A stretch of DNA of 47,795 nucleotides from positions 1 to 47,795 of the forward strand of contig JAGVWJ010000009.1 in the NCBI GenBank assembly GCA_018304385.1, read 5' to 3'. Below, one piece after another: positions 26,411-36,193 of this stretch. The stretch is from Candidatus Micrarchaeota archaeon (GTDB taxonomy: Archaea; Micrarchaeota; Micrarchaeia; Anstonellales; Bilamarchaeaceae). Below the pieces are notes generated by a model. That model ran no database searches. It saw only the letters and a program-made list of their open reading frames with translations, and was not told the origin of the DNA. Both the position numbers and the translations under genes were made by a program. Every line of letters starts with the position of its first letter. Position 1 is the first letter of the stretch.

Positions 26411-29400
26411 TAATGGTGTAGAAAAAATAGTTGGCGGATTTGAGAATGAGCCAACTAGCCAGGCATTTGATTATATCTCGCATAGATTAGCTTATCTTCG
26501 TTTAAGAGAAGAATATTTGAAAAAATTTGGAGTAGACGAAAGAGAAGAACTAGCTGCCATTAAGAAAGACCATGAAATTCTAGAAAAATGGTTAGATCAG
26601 CTTAATATTCGCACAGATGAAGGAACACTAGAAAGCAGACTTAATATTGTAAGAGCAGGACTGGTAGTTATACAAGGGTCATATTTCTCAGCAAGCTTGG
26701 AGAATCTTTCAGTTGTTGATAATCTTAGAAATTTGCAAGCAACAAATAGAGAATTATATGAAATATATAAGAAATTTGTATTAAAGATTGATGAAAGAAC
26801 CGGCAGATTCTTTGTTGGCATAAATCCAAATGCAAGGGATTTCTTAAACCAGCTAACATATATAATCGCAGATAGATTTAGCCAGGAAAATGTAAGACAA
26901 GGTAAAGAAATCTGGAGTAGAGAAGGCTATCATGATTCCGCATTGCCTACAATACAGCAGCAAAAAGAGGGCTCGCTAGAGGGTTTAACAGGCCTAGGTG
27001 TTAGCGAGCTAAAGCCATTGCTTGCAGTTATGTTCCTTGATTATTATAAGACAGCAGCCAATAGCGGTGTACTAAGTCCAGAAGAGAAAAAACTAGTTGC
27101 AACAACGCTAGCAAAGCTGTATTATATTGAGCCTTTATTAGCTGTAAAATACCTTGCTTCTATAAAACACGTAGCTGAAATCTGCATAGACAATCCTGGT
27201 GCATACTTCCAAGGATTAACTGCGTTGTCAGCCAGGATAGACACAGAGGTCGCACCTATTTACTCAACAGTAACACCTTTCCGCGTTGGACTTGATTTAA
27301 ACATTAGAAGGGTAATAAACAAACTGGACATGGCATTTGATGATATAATGGTAATAAGCGCTGGTGCGCTTGCCAGATTTACAAGATATACCTTACTTGA
27401 TAGAAATCTAGAGCTTAATTTAGGAAGGCCGCCACATGAGATTGTGCAAAAACCGCCAGGATATAAGTATCCACTTACGCTTGGCTTGGAAAGGAAATTA
27501 GGATTTGGGCCACCATATCCGTTTCCAAACTATTTGATTACTACACCTATAGTAAACCCAATATCCAGAGGCGCAGTAGTTAACGCATATCCATATGGAG
27601 GCGGTGTTCAATTGCCACAGCTAAGGCTTTACACCATGCCATCTGGCGCAGATGCAGTAAAGGCAAGCATGGAGTCATATTTATGGCCATCCCATCCAGT
27701 GCTTAACATAGCTGAATTTCTACCTGGTGCATATATATCGCCTCTAAGCGCTACGCAACTGGTTAATGAAATAAATCGTGCATTTATATCGCGATTAGCG
27801 CCAGGTTATGAATTCTCTCCAATTGGCGGTGGCGGTGCAATGGGATTAAGGGGCAGATCCACAGAGGCACAGACATTAGGAGAAATGTTTGAAGATGTAG
27901 AATGGGGCGGTGGCGGATTAGGCTCGATTATTACACCTACTGGCGGTATATCTGCTGGTGGTTTAGCTGATGGTAGATATTTATTTGCAGGCATGAGTGC
28001 AATTGGTGTGCCTATTGGCCACATACCATTTGCATCTGCAATTACAGCTGGAAAAGAAGGAAGAAAGAAAGAAGAAATAGGCATAGACAGCTTTGCTGGT
28101 GGTTACGAGCGCTTGGATGATGAATCAAAACGCTTGCTACTTGATTCTGTTAAAACAGCATGGGATCCAAATAATCCAAGTGAAACAATAATAACAGTGA
28201 ATAGACAGGAAAACGCTGAGGGCAAGGCATGGATGACTGCAAGATATTTCTACATAGATAAGGAAGGAACGATTTATGAATTAAAAGGCGGAACAAATGA
28301 TTTTGTAGAAATGCTTAATTACATGGCTGGTTATGGAGACAAAAACTTTAATACGCCTGCAACATATGCATGGAATATTGAGCCAGATATAGATCGTGGT
28401 GGTGGCGCATTAGCAATTGATATTGGCAAATATGCAGGCATGCTTCATATGCAGGCAGTACCATTCTTTACTAAACAGGGCGAGCCACAACCAATGTTAC
28501 TGGAATGGACACATGGAGATGCTTACACTGAAGATATTGAACCAGGAAAAACAAGAACCTATGAGCTCGTGCTCCCAGGTAAATGGCTAAAGCTAAAGCC
28601 ACCTGCTGCAGAAGGAGAAGAAAGAAAAGAACGAGAATATGTTATACAAGAGGGTATATTCACTTGGAGAACTGTTGAGGATGTGGATGCATGGGAAACC
28701 ACAGTTGGTGTTGGTTTAGGAACATCACCATCTGGTATGATTGGCCGTGGCGGCGTATTTAGAAAAGCAATGACACCAAAAACACCATGGGATCTATTTG
28801 GCTGGCAGCTAAAGGCACGCGGGGCAGGATTATATTACGAAATGGGCGCAACAAATTTAGAAGCACTAGCACTATTGCAAGAATCAGAAGAATCAAGAGA
28901 GTTTGTAGAAAATATCCATAGGATAGGTGTCACACTTTATGGCCAAGGCGAATTATCAAACAAAATGTTAATGGGCGCTTTAGCGCATGTTGTACCGCAG
29001 TTCACTACGCAAAACGGGGATTTTGAATTTGATCGAGCGCTTTGGCGATTCATAGGAACATTAAAGGCATTAGATGCGATTGGGAAGCTGGATATTGCAA
29101 GGATACAAGGACTAGACACTATGATGAATGATTACAATGGCCTCATGACAAATGTCCGCAGAAATCCAGCAGAAGCTGAAAGATTACTTAATAACTTTAG
29201 GGCGCAGAATGTTGAAAATATAAGAAGGGTATTTGATAATTATTACTTAGGAGTGCAGATTAACAGGGATATGTCTTTAGAATTTAATCTTTTGAGTAGA
29301 GAAGAGGGAGATTGGATTAGTAATTTCAAAAACCCTGAAACAATATATGGTAGATTCCTCTGGACATTTGGCAATGATTTCTGGCGTGCATTCTCATCTA

Positions 29401-30350
29401 TCCCCATTCATGTAACTGCACCAGGATTATTGCCACAGCAAACAATTGGAATAGCTGGTACTGGACTTGGTTTTGATGCATTTGAAGGATTCTGGGGGCA
29501 GCGTATTGCATTTGATGTTGGTATACTTTTAGTAAATAAAGCTAGGGGTGGCGCACCTCCAGATTGGGGCAAGCCAGGTGCATTTGTTCAGGGTGCTGCG
29601 CAATTATTTTCAAATATAGCAGATGATTACAGCGGCTATAAAGAACTGGAAAGAAAATATAAAGAGCATAGTGATGCGATAAAAGAAGCGAACTTTAGTA
29701 AGATACCAAATGAAATATTACAGCTAGTTTGCAATAGTATACATGAGGATATAATATCTCCATCAGTGTTAGCAAAAATAAGGCGCGGCGAACAGGTGAT
29801 ATTAACACCAGAACAGACAGGCGCATTATTAAGCGCATTATACTCTTGGTTTTATGATGAGAGACTCAAAATAGAAAAGGTATTCAACGGCCATATGCGC
29901 TCGTATATCGGATTTGGCACATATGTCTTTAATGATAACATATTCTTTGATATTGGTGCATTTGTTGAGCATGTTGATAAACTAAAGGCATATGCTATAC
30001 TAGCAAAAAGAGAGGAGTGGAGCGCTTTTGCTGGTGCTGATTATAACATTACAAGAAATCTTATTCTTGGCACTGTTGCAGGTGTGCAATTCACTGGCCA
30101 GGAACAAGCAGGTGGTGGCGTTTCAATAAGATATAAGTTCCCTGCACCATTTGGAGAACTAGCAGGATTTTCATACATACGCTCAAGAGACCCACCTGCG
30201 TATTCACCACCAGCTTATGCACCACATAGGTTTGGCGGCACGCCTGAGTTTGGTTTCATTGTATTCTATACAATCGGTGAGCAAACACCATTACTACAAT
30301 CAGTTATGCAACCAGGAACAGCAGTGCCTACTAGGGGCACAGGATATTAA
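26274..30350 (+). CDS. Giant protein with helical N-terminal part and Gly/aromatic-rich beta-barrel-like C-terminal half (start uncertain)
   Basis: Many alternating strands (WETTVGVGLG, RGAGLYYEMG, NYYLGVQIN, SYIGFGTYV, FFDIGAFVEH, SAFAGADYNI, AGGGVSIRYKF, GFIVFYTIG); paralogous to 36194-40660. Confidence 0.75.
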   Translation: MQKHHSHLINQFKECLMTGKRNMRQQKLKKAKNNGQWKLYGKKVTDNGVEKIVGGFENEPTSQAFDYISHRLAYLRLREEYLKKFGVDEREELAAIKKDHEILEKWLDQLNIRTDEGTLESRLNIVRAGLVVIQGSYFSASLENLSVVDNLRNLQATNRELYEIYKKFVLKIDERTGRFFVGINPNARDFLNQLTYIIADRFSQENVRQGKEIWSREGYHDSALPTIQQQKEGSLEGLTGLGVSELKPLLAVMFLDYYKTAANSGVLSPEEKKLVATTLAKLYYIEPLLAVKYLASIKHVAEICIDNPGAYFQGLTALSARIDTEVAPIYSTVTPFRVGLDLNIRRVINKLDMAFDDIMVISAGALARFTRYTLLDRNLELNLGRPPHEIVQKPPGYKYPLTLGLERKLGFGPPYPFPNYLITTPIVNPISRGAVVNAYPYGGGVQLPQLRLYTMPSGADAVKASMESYLWPSHPVLNIAEFLPGAYISPLSATQLVNEINRAFISRLAPGYEFSPIGGGGAMGLRGRSTEAQTLGEMFEDVEWGGGGLGSIITPTGGISAGGLADGRYLFAGMSAIGVPIGHIPFASAITAGKEGRKKEEIGIDSFAGGYERLDDESKRLLLDSVKTAWDPNNPSETIITVNRQENAEGKAWMTARYFYIDKEGTIYELKGGTNDFVEMLNYMAGYGDKNFNTPATYAWNIEPDIDRGGGALAIDIGKYAGMLHMQAVPFFTKQGEPQPMLLEWTHGDAYTEDIEPGKTRTYELVLPGKWLKLKPPAAEGEERKEREYVIQEGIFTWRTVEDVDAWETTVGVGLGTSPSGMIGRGGVFRKAMTPKTPWDLFGWQLKARGAGLYYEMGATNLEALALLQESEESREFVENIHRIGVTLYGQGELSNKMLMGALAHVVPQFTTQNGDFEFDRALWRFIGTLKALDAIGKLDIARIQGLDTMMNDYNGLMTNVRRNPAEAERLLNNFRAQNVENIRRVFDNYYLGVQINRDMSLEFNLLSREEGDWISNFKNPETIYGRFLWTFGNDFWRAFSSIPIHVTAPGLLPQQTIGIAGTGLGFDAFEGFWGQRIAFDVGILLVNKARGGAPPDWGKPGAFVQGAAQLFSNIADDYSGYKELERKYKEHSDAIKEANFSKIPNEILQLVCNSIHEDIISPSVLAKIRRGEQVILTPEQTGALLSALYSWFYDERLKIEKVFNGHMRSYIGFGTYVFNDNIFFDIGAFVEHVDKLKAYAILAKREEWSAFAGADYNITRNLILGTVAGVQFTGQEQAGGGVSIRYKFPAPFGELAGFSYIRSRDPPAYSPPAYAPHRFGGTPEFGFIVFYTIGEQTPLLQSVMQPGTAVPTRGTGY

Positions 30351-30409
30351 AGCCCAGAAATAAAGAGAGATTATTAAATATTATTGAATTAATCAAAACA
30401 GGTGAAATT

Positions 30410-30811
30410 ATGCGATTGGAATTTTTAGATTTTGAATCTTCTGAAGCAAGAAAGAATAGCAATAGCGCTCCGCAGAGCATAAATACAAACATAGATATAA
30501 CTAATGCGCGATTAGAAAAGGATCTTATGACGATTAATTTCTCTTATACTGCATCTTATATTCCGGATAATAGCTATGTTCGTATTGGCGGAAAGGCAAG
30601 CTTTAGCGGGTCAGAAACAAAGGCTGCTTTCGAGGAATGGAAAAAAACAAAGAAAGTAGGCGGAGCTGCTGGAGAGCAGATTGTGAATTTAATAAATTAT
30701 AGCGCTTCGATAAATGCAATTTTTATTGCGCGCGTGTTTAATCTTACGCCACCTATTGTACCGCCAACTATAAAGCTCGTAGAAGGAAATGCAAGGCCAA
30801 ATAAGAAGTAA
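30410..30811 (+). CDS. Conserved archaeal protein, SecB-like fold (tentative)
   Basis: GGTGA SD; INTNIDITN...INFSYTASYIP...IGGKA and C-terminal FNLTPPIVPP pattern. Confidence 0.5.
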   Translation: MRLEFLDFESSEARKNSNSAPQSINTNIDITNARLEKDLMTINFSYTASYIPDNSYVRIGGKASFSGSETKAAFEEWKKTKKVGGAAGEQIVNLINYSASINAIFIARVFNLTPPIVPPTIKLVEGNARPNKK

Positions 30812-30839
30812 TATAATATTTAGGTTCTAATTTTAGGAT

Positions 30840-31439
30840 ATGGAATTTGAATATAAGGATGGCAAATTAGTTATAAAAAAGGAACTTCTTAATTTAGATC
30901 AATTTGTATTATCGTTTGTTAAGTTACTTGAGGCAGCGAATATAAAATATGTAATTGTATCTGGATATGTTGGTATTTTCTTTGGAAGAAGTAGGAATAC
31001 AGAGGATATAGACATACTTATAGAGCGCTGCGGTAAAGAAACTTTTACAAACTTTTGGAATCTTACTATAAATAAATTTGGATGTATGAATGCAACTAAT
31101 GTAGATAGTGCCTACAAAAATTATCTAAGCGAGAACAGCGCCTTAAGATTCCACGAAAAAGATAAATTTATACCAAATGCCGAATTAAAATTCATTAAAA
31201 ACGAGATAGATAAATTTACCTTAGATCATCGACTAGAGATATTATTTAATAGCAACAGGTTGTTTTTTTCACCTTTTGAAATCCAAGTAGCATATAAACT
31301 ATACATGGGATCAGAAAAAGATATTGAGGATGCAAGATTTGTATATAAATTGTTCTATGATAAAATAAATAAGAGATTACTTAATGAACTTTTAGTAATG
31401 CTAAAGGTTCCAAAAAATATGCTGTTTTATCTGGAGTGA
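30840..31439 (+). CDS. Nucleotidyltransferase of the AbiEii/DUF2204-like clan
   Basis: YVIVSGYVGIFFGRSRNTEDIDILI; C-terminal YKLYMGSEKDIEDA. Confidence 0.75.
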   Translation: MEFEYKDGKLVIKKELLNLDQFVLSFVKLLEAANIKYVIVSGYVGIFFGRSRNTEDIDILIERCGKETFTNFWNLTINKFGCMNATNVDSAYKNYLSENSALRFHEKDKFIPNAELKFIKNEIDKFTLDHRLEILFNSNRLFFSPFEIQVAYKLYMGSEKDIEDARFVYKLFYDKINKRLLNELLVMLKVPKNMLFYLE

Positions 31440-31445
31440 GTCTGA

Positions 31446-31607
31446 ATGAAAAAAAGATTAAAATTAAAAATTGACCTAAAAGAACTTGCCAAAGACAAGA
31501 AAAAAAATTTTGAAGAAAGGCTTAAATTTATTGATGCCTACGTTGAGTGGTTAAAGAAAACACCAAATAAAATATGGTCAAGGCAACAAAAGCAAATGTT
31601 AGGCTAA
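31446..31607 (+). CDS. 53 aa basic partner protein of the upstream nucleotidyltransferase (putative TA partner)
   Basis: Not in track. MKKRLKLKIDLKELAKDKKKNFEERLKFIDAYVEWLKKTPNKIWSRQQKQMLG, starting 6 nt after the NTase stop. Confidence 0.7.
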   Translation: MKKRLKLKIDLKELAKDKKKNFEERLKFIDAYVEWLKKTPNKIWSRQQKQMLG

Positions 31608-32140
31608 TTCTTTATTATCTTCTTCCCTCTTTCACTAGGCTCAATTCTTATTTTTCCTTTAAATTGGTCATTAAAGCTTCGCTTCAATGGTTCGCTATTT
31701 GTAACGTGATCAAGAAATACTGCGAGTGCTGCAACCTCGCTATGCGGCTGTGATGTAATTGCAATGTTAAAGTCAGCAATCTCGTAAACCTCTTTTGGAA
31801 CTTGCTCGCCACCAACAATAATTAACAGCCCTGAGCAATCAGCCTTCAGCCTTGAGCCAATTTCTGGTAATGGTAAACCGTACATTGTTAGATGTACAAT
31901 TACAAATCCATTTTTCTTATATTCATTGATTATTTTCTCATAATTCTTCTCATATTTTATGCTAAATTCTCCGCCCCACTCTTTCGCAAGACGCGAGACA
32001 CTAGACTCAAGACTCCCATCATGTTGACCAGTATAGATTATTTCGCTAGCGCCAAATGCGCGTGCAACTAGTGCAACATGCGTTGTAATGCGCTCATCAC
32101 GAGGTAAGCGATGGCCTAAGCGAAGAATTGAGATTTTCAT
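31604..32140 (-). CDS. trm56: tRNA (cytidine(56)-2'-O)-methyltransferase, SPOUT
   Basis: MKISILRLGHRLPRDERITTHVALVARAFGA, VHLTMYG, IVGGEQVP, QPHSEVAALAVFLD; true start ATG 32140 (track extends to 32293). Confidence 0.95.
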   Translation of the reverse strand: MKISILRLGHRLPRDERITTHVALVARAFGASEIIYTGQHDGSLESSVSRLAKEWGGEFSIKYEKNYEKIINEYKKNGFVIVHLTMYGLPLPEIGSRLKADCSGLLIIVGGEQVPKEVYEIADFNIAITSQPHSEVAALAVFLDHVTNSEPLKRSFNDQFKGKIRIEPSERGKKIIKN

Positions 32141-32191
32141 AAATACTCTTCTCTGCACATACTTAAAAATCCTTTTATAATAAATCAAATT

Positions 32192-32725
32192 ATGGGGCCA
32201 AAAACTAAAACCAGTGAAGCAAAGGATGTAGAAGCAGCAGTTGATTTGCTTGTTTCTTTTGCAAAGACAAACGACCCTGAGCAAAAAAGACAATTTATTG
32301 AAATTTTAAACGAAAAAGGCAGATCAAAGGAATTCCAACAGGAATTTATAAAAATGACAAAAAATGATCCTATTATCGGGCCTCTAATAAATGCACTAAT
32401 AGAACTTAATAAAGTTAAAAACCAAAAGGCTGAAACTGATCCTAACCAGCTCTTAGCTGCAATAGAAGATTGTAATAGCTTTTTTGGCAGACTGTCACTA
32501 CCAGCACAGAGTGACGTAGCAAAAGAAGTTAGCAGCTTAATAGAAAAATATGGTACTGATTTTATTGTTCTCATGCATAAAAATAGGGAAGAAGCAAAAA
32601 TAGCAAGCCCAAATGAACGGGTATTCGTTATGAGCACCAGGGAATTAAGTCTCCCATACCTACTTCTTGATATAGAACAAACAAGGGTTATGCTAGATGA
32701 ACTGGAAAAAGCTGTAAAAGAGTAG
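32192..32725 (+). CDS. 177 aa helical hypothetical protein, first gene of the 32192-40660 run
   Basis: ORF divergent from trm56; ends 5 nt before the next start. Confidence 0.7.
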   Translation: MGPKTKTSEAKDVEAAVDLLVSFAKTNDPEQKRQFIEILNEKGRSKEFQQEFIKMTKNDPIIGPLINALIELNKVKNQKAETDPNQLLAAIEDCNSFFGRLSLPAQSDVAKEVSSLIEKYGTDFIVLMHKNREEAKIASPNERVFVMSTRELSLPYLLLDIEQTRVMLDELEKAVKE

Positions 32726-32730
32726 GTAAA

Positions 32731-35700
32731 ATGGTAGAGGCATTAAAACAAAAAGAAGAGAAAATACCAGTAAAGGCTAGCGAATACTTTCATCTAGAAA
32801 AAGTTCGTGCTGATTTGCACGGTGCGTTTTCTGTTTCATTTGAAAAAAATATGGCAATTATAAAAGTGCCTTCGCTCTCAAAAAAGAATGAGTATTTTGA
32901 AATAAAAATTAACAAAGCAACATTTGAGGCAATTCTGAATAACTTTTTACAGCCAACAGAAAATAGACAAACGTCTGAAGAGCTTGTAAAATTCCTTAGC
33001 TTATTTTCTAATCATAGCGAGGTTCAAAACTCCATTTATAATGGAATTGAAATAGTATTGTTCAATAACTTATTCACGGCTTACGCAGAGATATACAAAA
33101 AAACTGGGGCGCTTGAAAACCAAATAATAAATATAAAATTTGATTTTAATGTAGATAAAAGCTTTGATGGATTGTATAGTTTTATCTATACAATTTATTA
33201 CGATCTAAAAGAAGAAAACAAGAAAGCTAGTGATAAAACTAATGAACAATGGCTTGAAGACCTTAAAGGAATTTATAAGACTGATGATGAAGACGTAGTT
33301 ATAGAAAAACTAAAGGATAAAATAAGAAAGGTTTTTGGAAATGATAAAACATCTAAAGCACGATTTTTAGATATGATTGACTGGGCAGAAGATAAAGAGC
33401 AATGGTTGATGTTAGGGTTGCTAAATAAATTTCTGGAAATAGCACAACGAGGAAAAAAAGTTAGTAGTGAGGATTTACTGTTCTTTAGCACTGCTGTTTC
33501 TAATGTTTATACTGTTTATTCAACTACTGAGAGGGGTGTGTTTGGCACAACTGAAATGGGCATACAAAGTGGAAACCTCTCTACTTCAACAGGTGTAGGT
33601 TACCAAAAGCAGGTTTACACAGAGGGCGAGCCAGTCAGACAATGGTCTGTTTCTCCTAAGGTTTCTGGCATAAAAACTGAAAATGGCTGGGACGTAATAT
33701 TCACATTTGATGTATCCCTTGGCCAGTTTCTCCTCTCAGTTCCTTTATATTCTATATCTGGAGGAATATTAGATGTTAGTTCATATGCACGTGTTGGCTA
33801 TGGAAATGTGGCTGTTGGATTGTTAAGCGGCGAATGGACAGCATTTTCTGGCATATTTACTATAAATCTTGAAACAGGCAAATTTGGCACATTGCTTCCA
33901 TTATGGATTTATGGGATTTTAACTGGTTTTAATGCAATAATGCGCGTACCGCAGCTAGCACAATATGCAGAGCCACAGGTTGCAGCAGTTGCATTTGCTA
34001 CGCAAAGCACAATGGAGCTAAGTGGGGCAAACTCACTGCTCGAGATATTGAATGTAATTGACTATTTTATTCCTGAACTAAGCAATAAAGGTGCGATTAA
34101 ATCACAAGAGCTTAAGCAAGAAATAGAAGAGATTCGCGGGTTGCTAAAACAAAATAAATACAATGATGCGCTTGCGCGTTTAGAAAGCTTATTAGAAAGC
34201 AAACACATAAGCAAATTAGCAAAGGCGCAGCTTGCCATTCTGCTGGATCAGGCAACAGATCTTGAATTTGTTCATTTAAAGGCTGGTGAAAGCATTAAGC
34301 CAAGTGCTGCTATTCGGGATCGCGTACTTGAGACTATGGCTGAGTTTGAAAAACTGGTTAAAAAAATAGAAAACGGAAAAAAACTAACTAAGGAAGAGGA
34401 AGAAACATTTCTTGCTAATTTCTATTATCTTGCGCAAAAGCTTTCAATTGTAGTTACACCAGACAATAGAATACTTCAGGCAAATCGCCATCATTTGGAA
34501 GATGTTGAAGATTACGTAAAATTATTCCAGATGCTTGCTAGGGCAGTTGGTGTTGTGCAAGGCAAAGAATATTCCTCAGTATTGGCAGAGGTTGTTGGTA
34601 GCTATAAAGAAAAAGTAGATAAAACAGGCACTGAAACTGAAAAAGAAATGCTAAACAGCTACATATACAGATTATCTGAACTCCTTGATGATAATGTAAT
34701 GAGCTCTATTGGCAAAAAAGTAGATTATCTTAGATCATTGGTTGGTGAAGATAAGCTAACTGACAAGAAAAATCTAATTCATTCCTTGCAGTTCCTTATT
34801 GAGCCTTTGATAAATGGTGTAAGACATACGATCTATGGAATTTATGGACATGCATACAATGCCAGATTAATGGATGATGTTTATCGTTTGGAAGAATCAA
34901 TTCACAACCTGGAGCATGAAGACCCAGAGTGGTTCCAAACAGAAGAAACCTGGAGATCAATTGGCAGGTTTGTTAGTGCTGGATTTTCACCTGAATTCTT
35001 AGCTCCAATCAATTATCTTCGTGTTATTAATTCTATTGGCACTATAGAGGAATTGAAAAAATCATCTTTGTACAAAGAAGACCCAGAGTTTAAGAAACGC
35101 ATTGATGGTGCAGAAAAAAGATTGCAGGCATTTATTAAAAAACAGGAAAGATATAGAAGGGTTTCTTTTGATTATGATAAGCTTAGAGAATTGACGCGTG
35201 ACAATGAACGCAAGGGATTTGATGCATTGCATGACATAATAGATGCATTGGATAATGAAGATGAATTTGAAGATGCGAGAAAGGCATTAGGAAAACTAAA
35301 GAAAGATAAACAAGTTACTACATTAACAGATAAGGAATTGGAAAATTTAGAGGCTCATTTAAAAAGACTAGATGATCTGAAAAAAAGAATTACACAACAA
35401 GCAGAAACAGCATTAGATAGCTATTATTTTGGCTGGTTTGAAACACGTGGGTCGCACATTAAATTGAAGGATAAAGCTGTTGATTTACTTGCTGAGTACG
35501 CTGCACTAAATCATCAGGAGCACGCAATTAAATATCTATTAGAAAACAAAAAGATTAGCGATGAAGATTATGAAACCGCAAACGCATATATACAAAAGAA
35601 AAAAACTGAAGTAAATGCCCAATCAGATAAACTAATGGAAGATAGAGATACTTATTATGCAATTATTAAAGATCCAAAATTCAAAGAAAGAGTTAAAGGG

Positions 35701-36189
35701 GCATATGCAAAAAGCTGGCTAGAATTTGGGAAGATTGCTAGTAAATTCGATACAGAAACCTTAGAGCTGCTAATAAAAGAAAGAGATAAGGGTGTTTGGA
35801 AGGCTATTGAATTATTTAGGCAAGAAAGCAATCTTATTGAAACCACGGGCATGTTAGCAAAGGAAATAAACATTTTGAGGTCAGAGGTAAAATATCTTGA
35901 ACGACTTAAAGAAACACTGCATGCATTAAATGAAATGGAAGAAAGCGATGAAACAGAAGATGCATTAGATGCTGTTGATGATGCAATAGAAGAACTCAAT
36001 GAACTTTTAAAATCGTATCAAGAGGCTTTAGATAATTCCATAAAGTTATATGTGCATCATAGCTCTGCAGAGGATTATAAAAAACAATTGACACAATATG
36101 CAAGATATGTAAAAAAGGTTTATGAAACAATAAAACCTGAAGAATTTAAAAAACAAAAACCAAGAAGAATTGAAAGCGATTTATGGTGA
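32731..36189 (+). CDS. 1152 aa hypothetical giant protein, helical with a central beta-strand/hydrophobic block
   Basis: Central segment TGVGYQKQVY...WSVSPKV...VIFTFDVSLG...SYARVGYGNVAVG...FSGIFTINL...LPLWIYGILTGF; charged helical flanks. Confidence 0.8.
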   Translation: MVEALKQKEEKIPVKASEYFHLEKVRADLHGAFSVSFEKNMAIIKVPSLSKKNEYFEIKINKATFEAILNNFLQPTENRQTSEELVKFLSLFSNHSEVQNSIYNGIEIVLFNNLFTAYAEIYKKTGALENQIINIKFDFNVDKSFDGLYSFIYTIYYDLKEENKKASDKTNEQWLEDLKGIYKTDDEDVVIEKLKDKIRKVFGNDKTSKARFLDMIDWAEDKEQWLMLGLLNKFLEIAQRGKKVSSEDLLFFSTAVSNVYTVYSTTERGVFGTTEMGIQSGNLSTSTGVGYQKQVYTEGEPVRQWSVSPKVSGIKTENGWDVIFTFDVSLGQFLLSVPLYSISGGILDVSSYARVGYGNVAVGLLSGEWTAFSGIFTINLETGKFGTLLPLWIYGILTGFNAIMRVPQLAQYAEPQVAAVAFATQSTMELSGANSLLEILNVIDYFIPELSNKGAIKSQELKQEIEEIRGLLKQNKYNDALARLESLLESKHISKLAKAQLAILLDQATDLEFVHLKAGESIKPSAAIRDRVLETMAEFEKLVKKIENGKKLTKEEEETFLANFYYLAQKLSIVVTPDNRILQANRHHLEDVEDYVKLFQMLARAVGVVQGKEYSSVLAEVVGSYKEKVDKTGTETEKEMLNSYIYRLSELLDDNVMSSIGKKVDYLRSLVGEDKLTDKKNLIHSLQFLIEPLINGVRHTIYGIYGHAYNARLMDDVYRLEESIHNLEHEDPEWFQTEETWRSIGRFVSAGFSPEFLAPINYLRVINSIGTIEELKKSSLYKEDPEFKKRIDGAEKRLQAFIKKQERYRRVSFDYDKLRELTRDNERKGFDALHDIIDALDNEDEFEDARKALGKLKKDKQVTTLTDKELENLEAHLKRLDDLKKRITQQAETALDSYYFGWFETRGSHIKLKDKAVDLLAEYAALNHQEHAIKYLLENKKISDEDYETANAYIQKKKTEVNAQSDKLMEDRDTYYAIIKDPKFKERVKGAYAKSWLEFGKIASKFDTETLELLIKERDKGVWKAIELFRQESNLIETTGMLAKEINILRSEVKYLERLKETLHALNEMEESDETEDALDAVDDAIEELNELLKSYQEALDNSIKLYVHHSSAEDYKKQLTQYARYVKKVYETIKPEEFKKQKPRRIESDLW

Positions 36190-36193
36190 TAAT

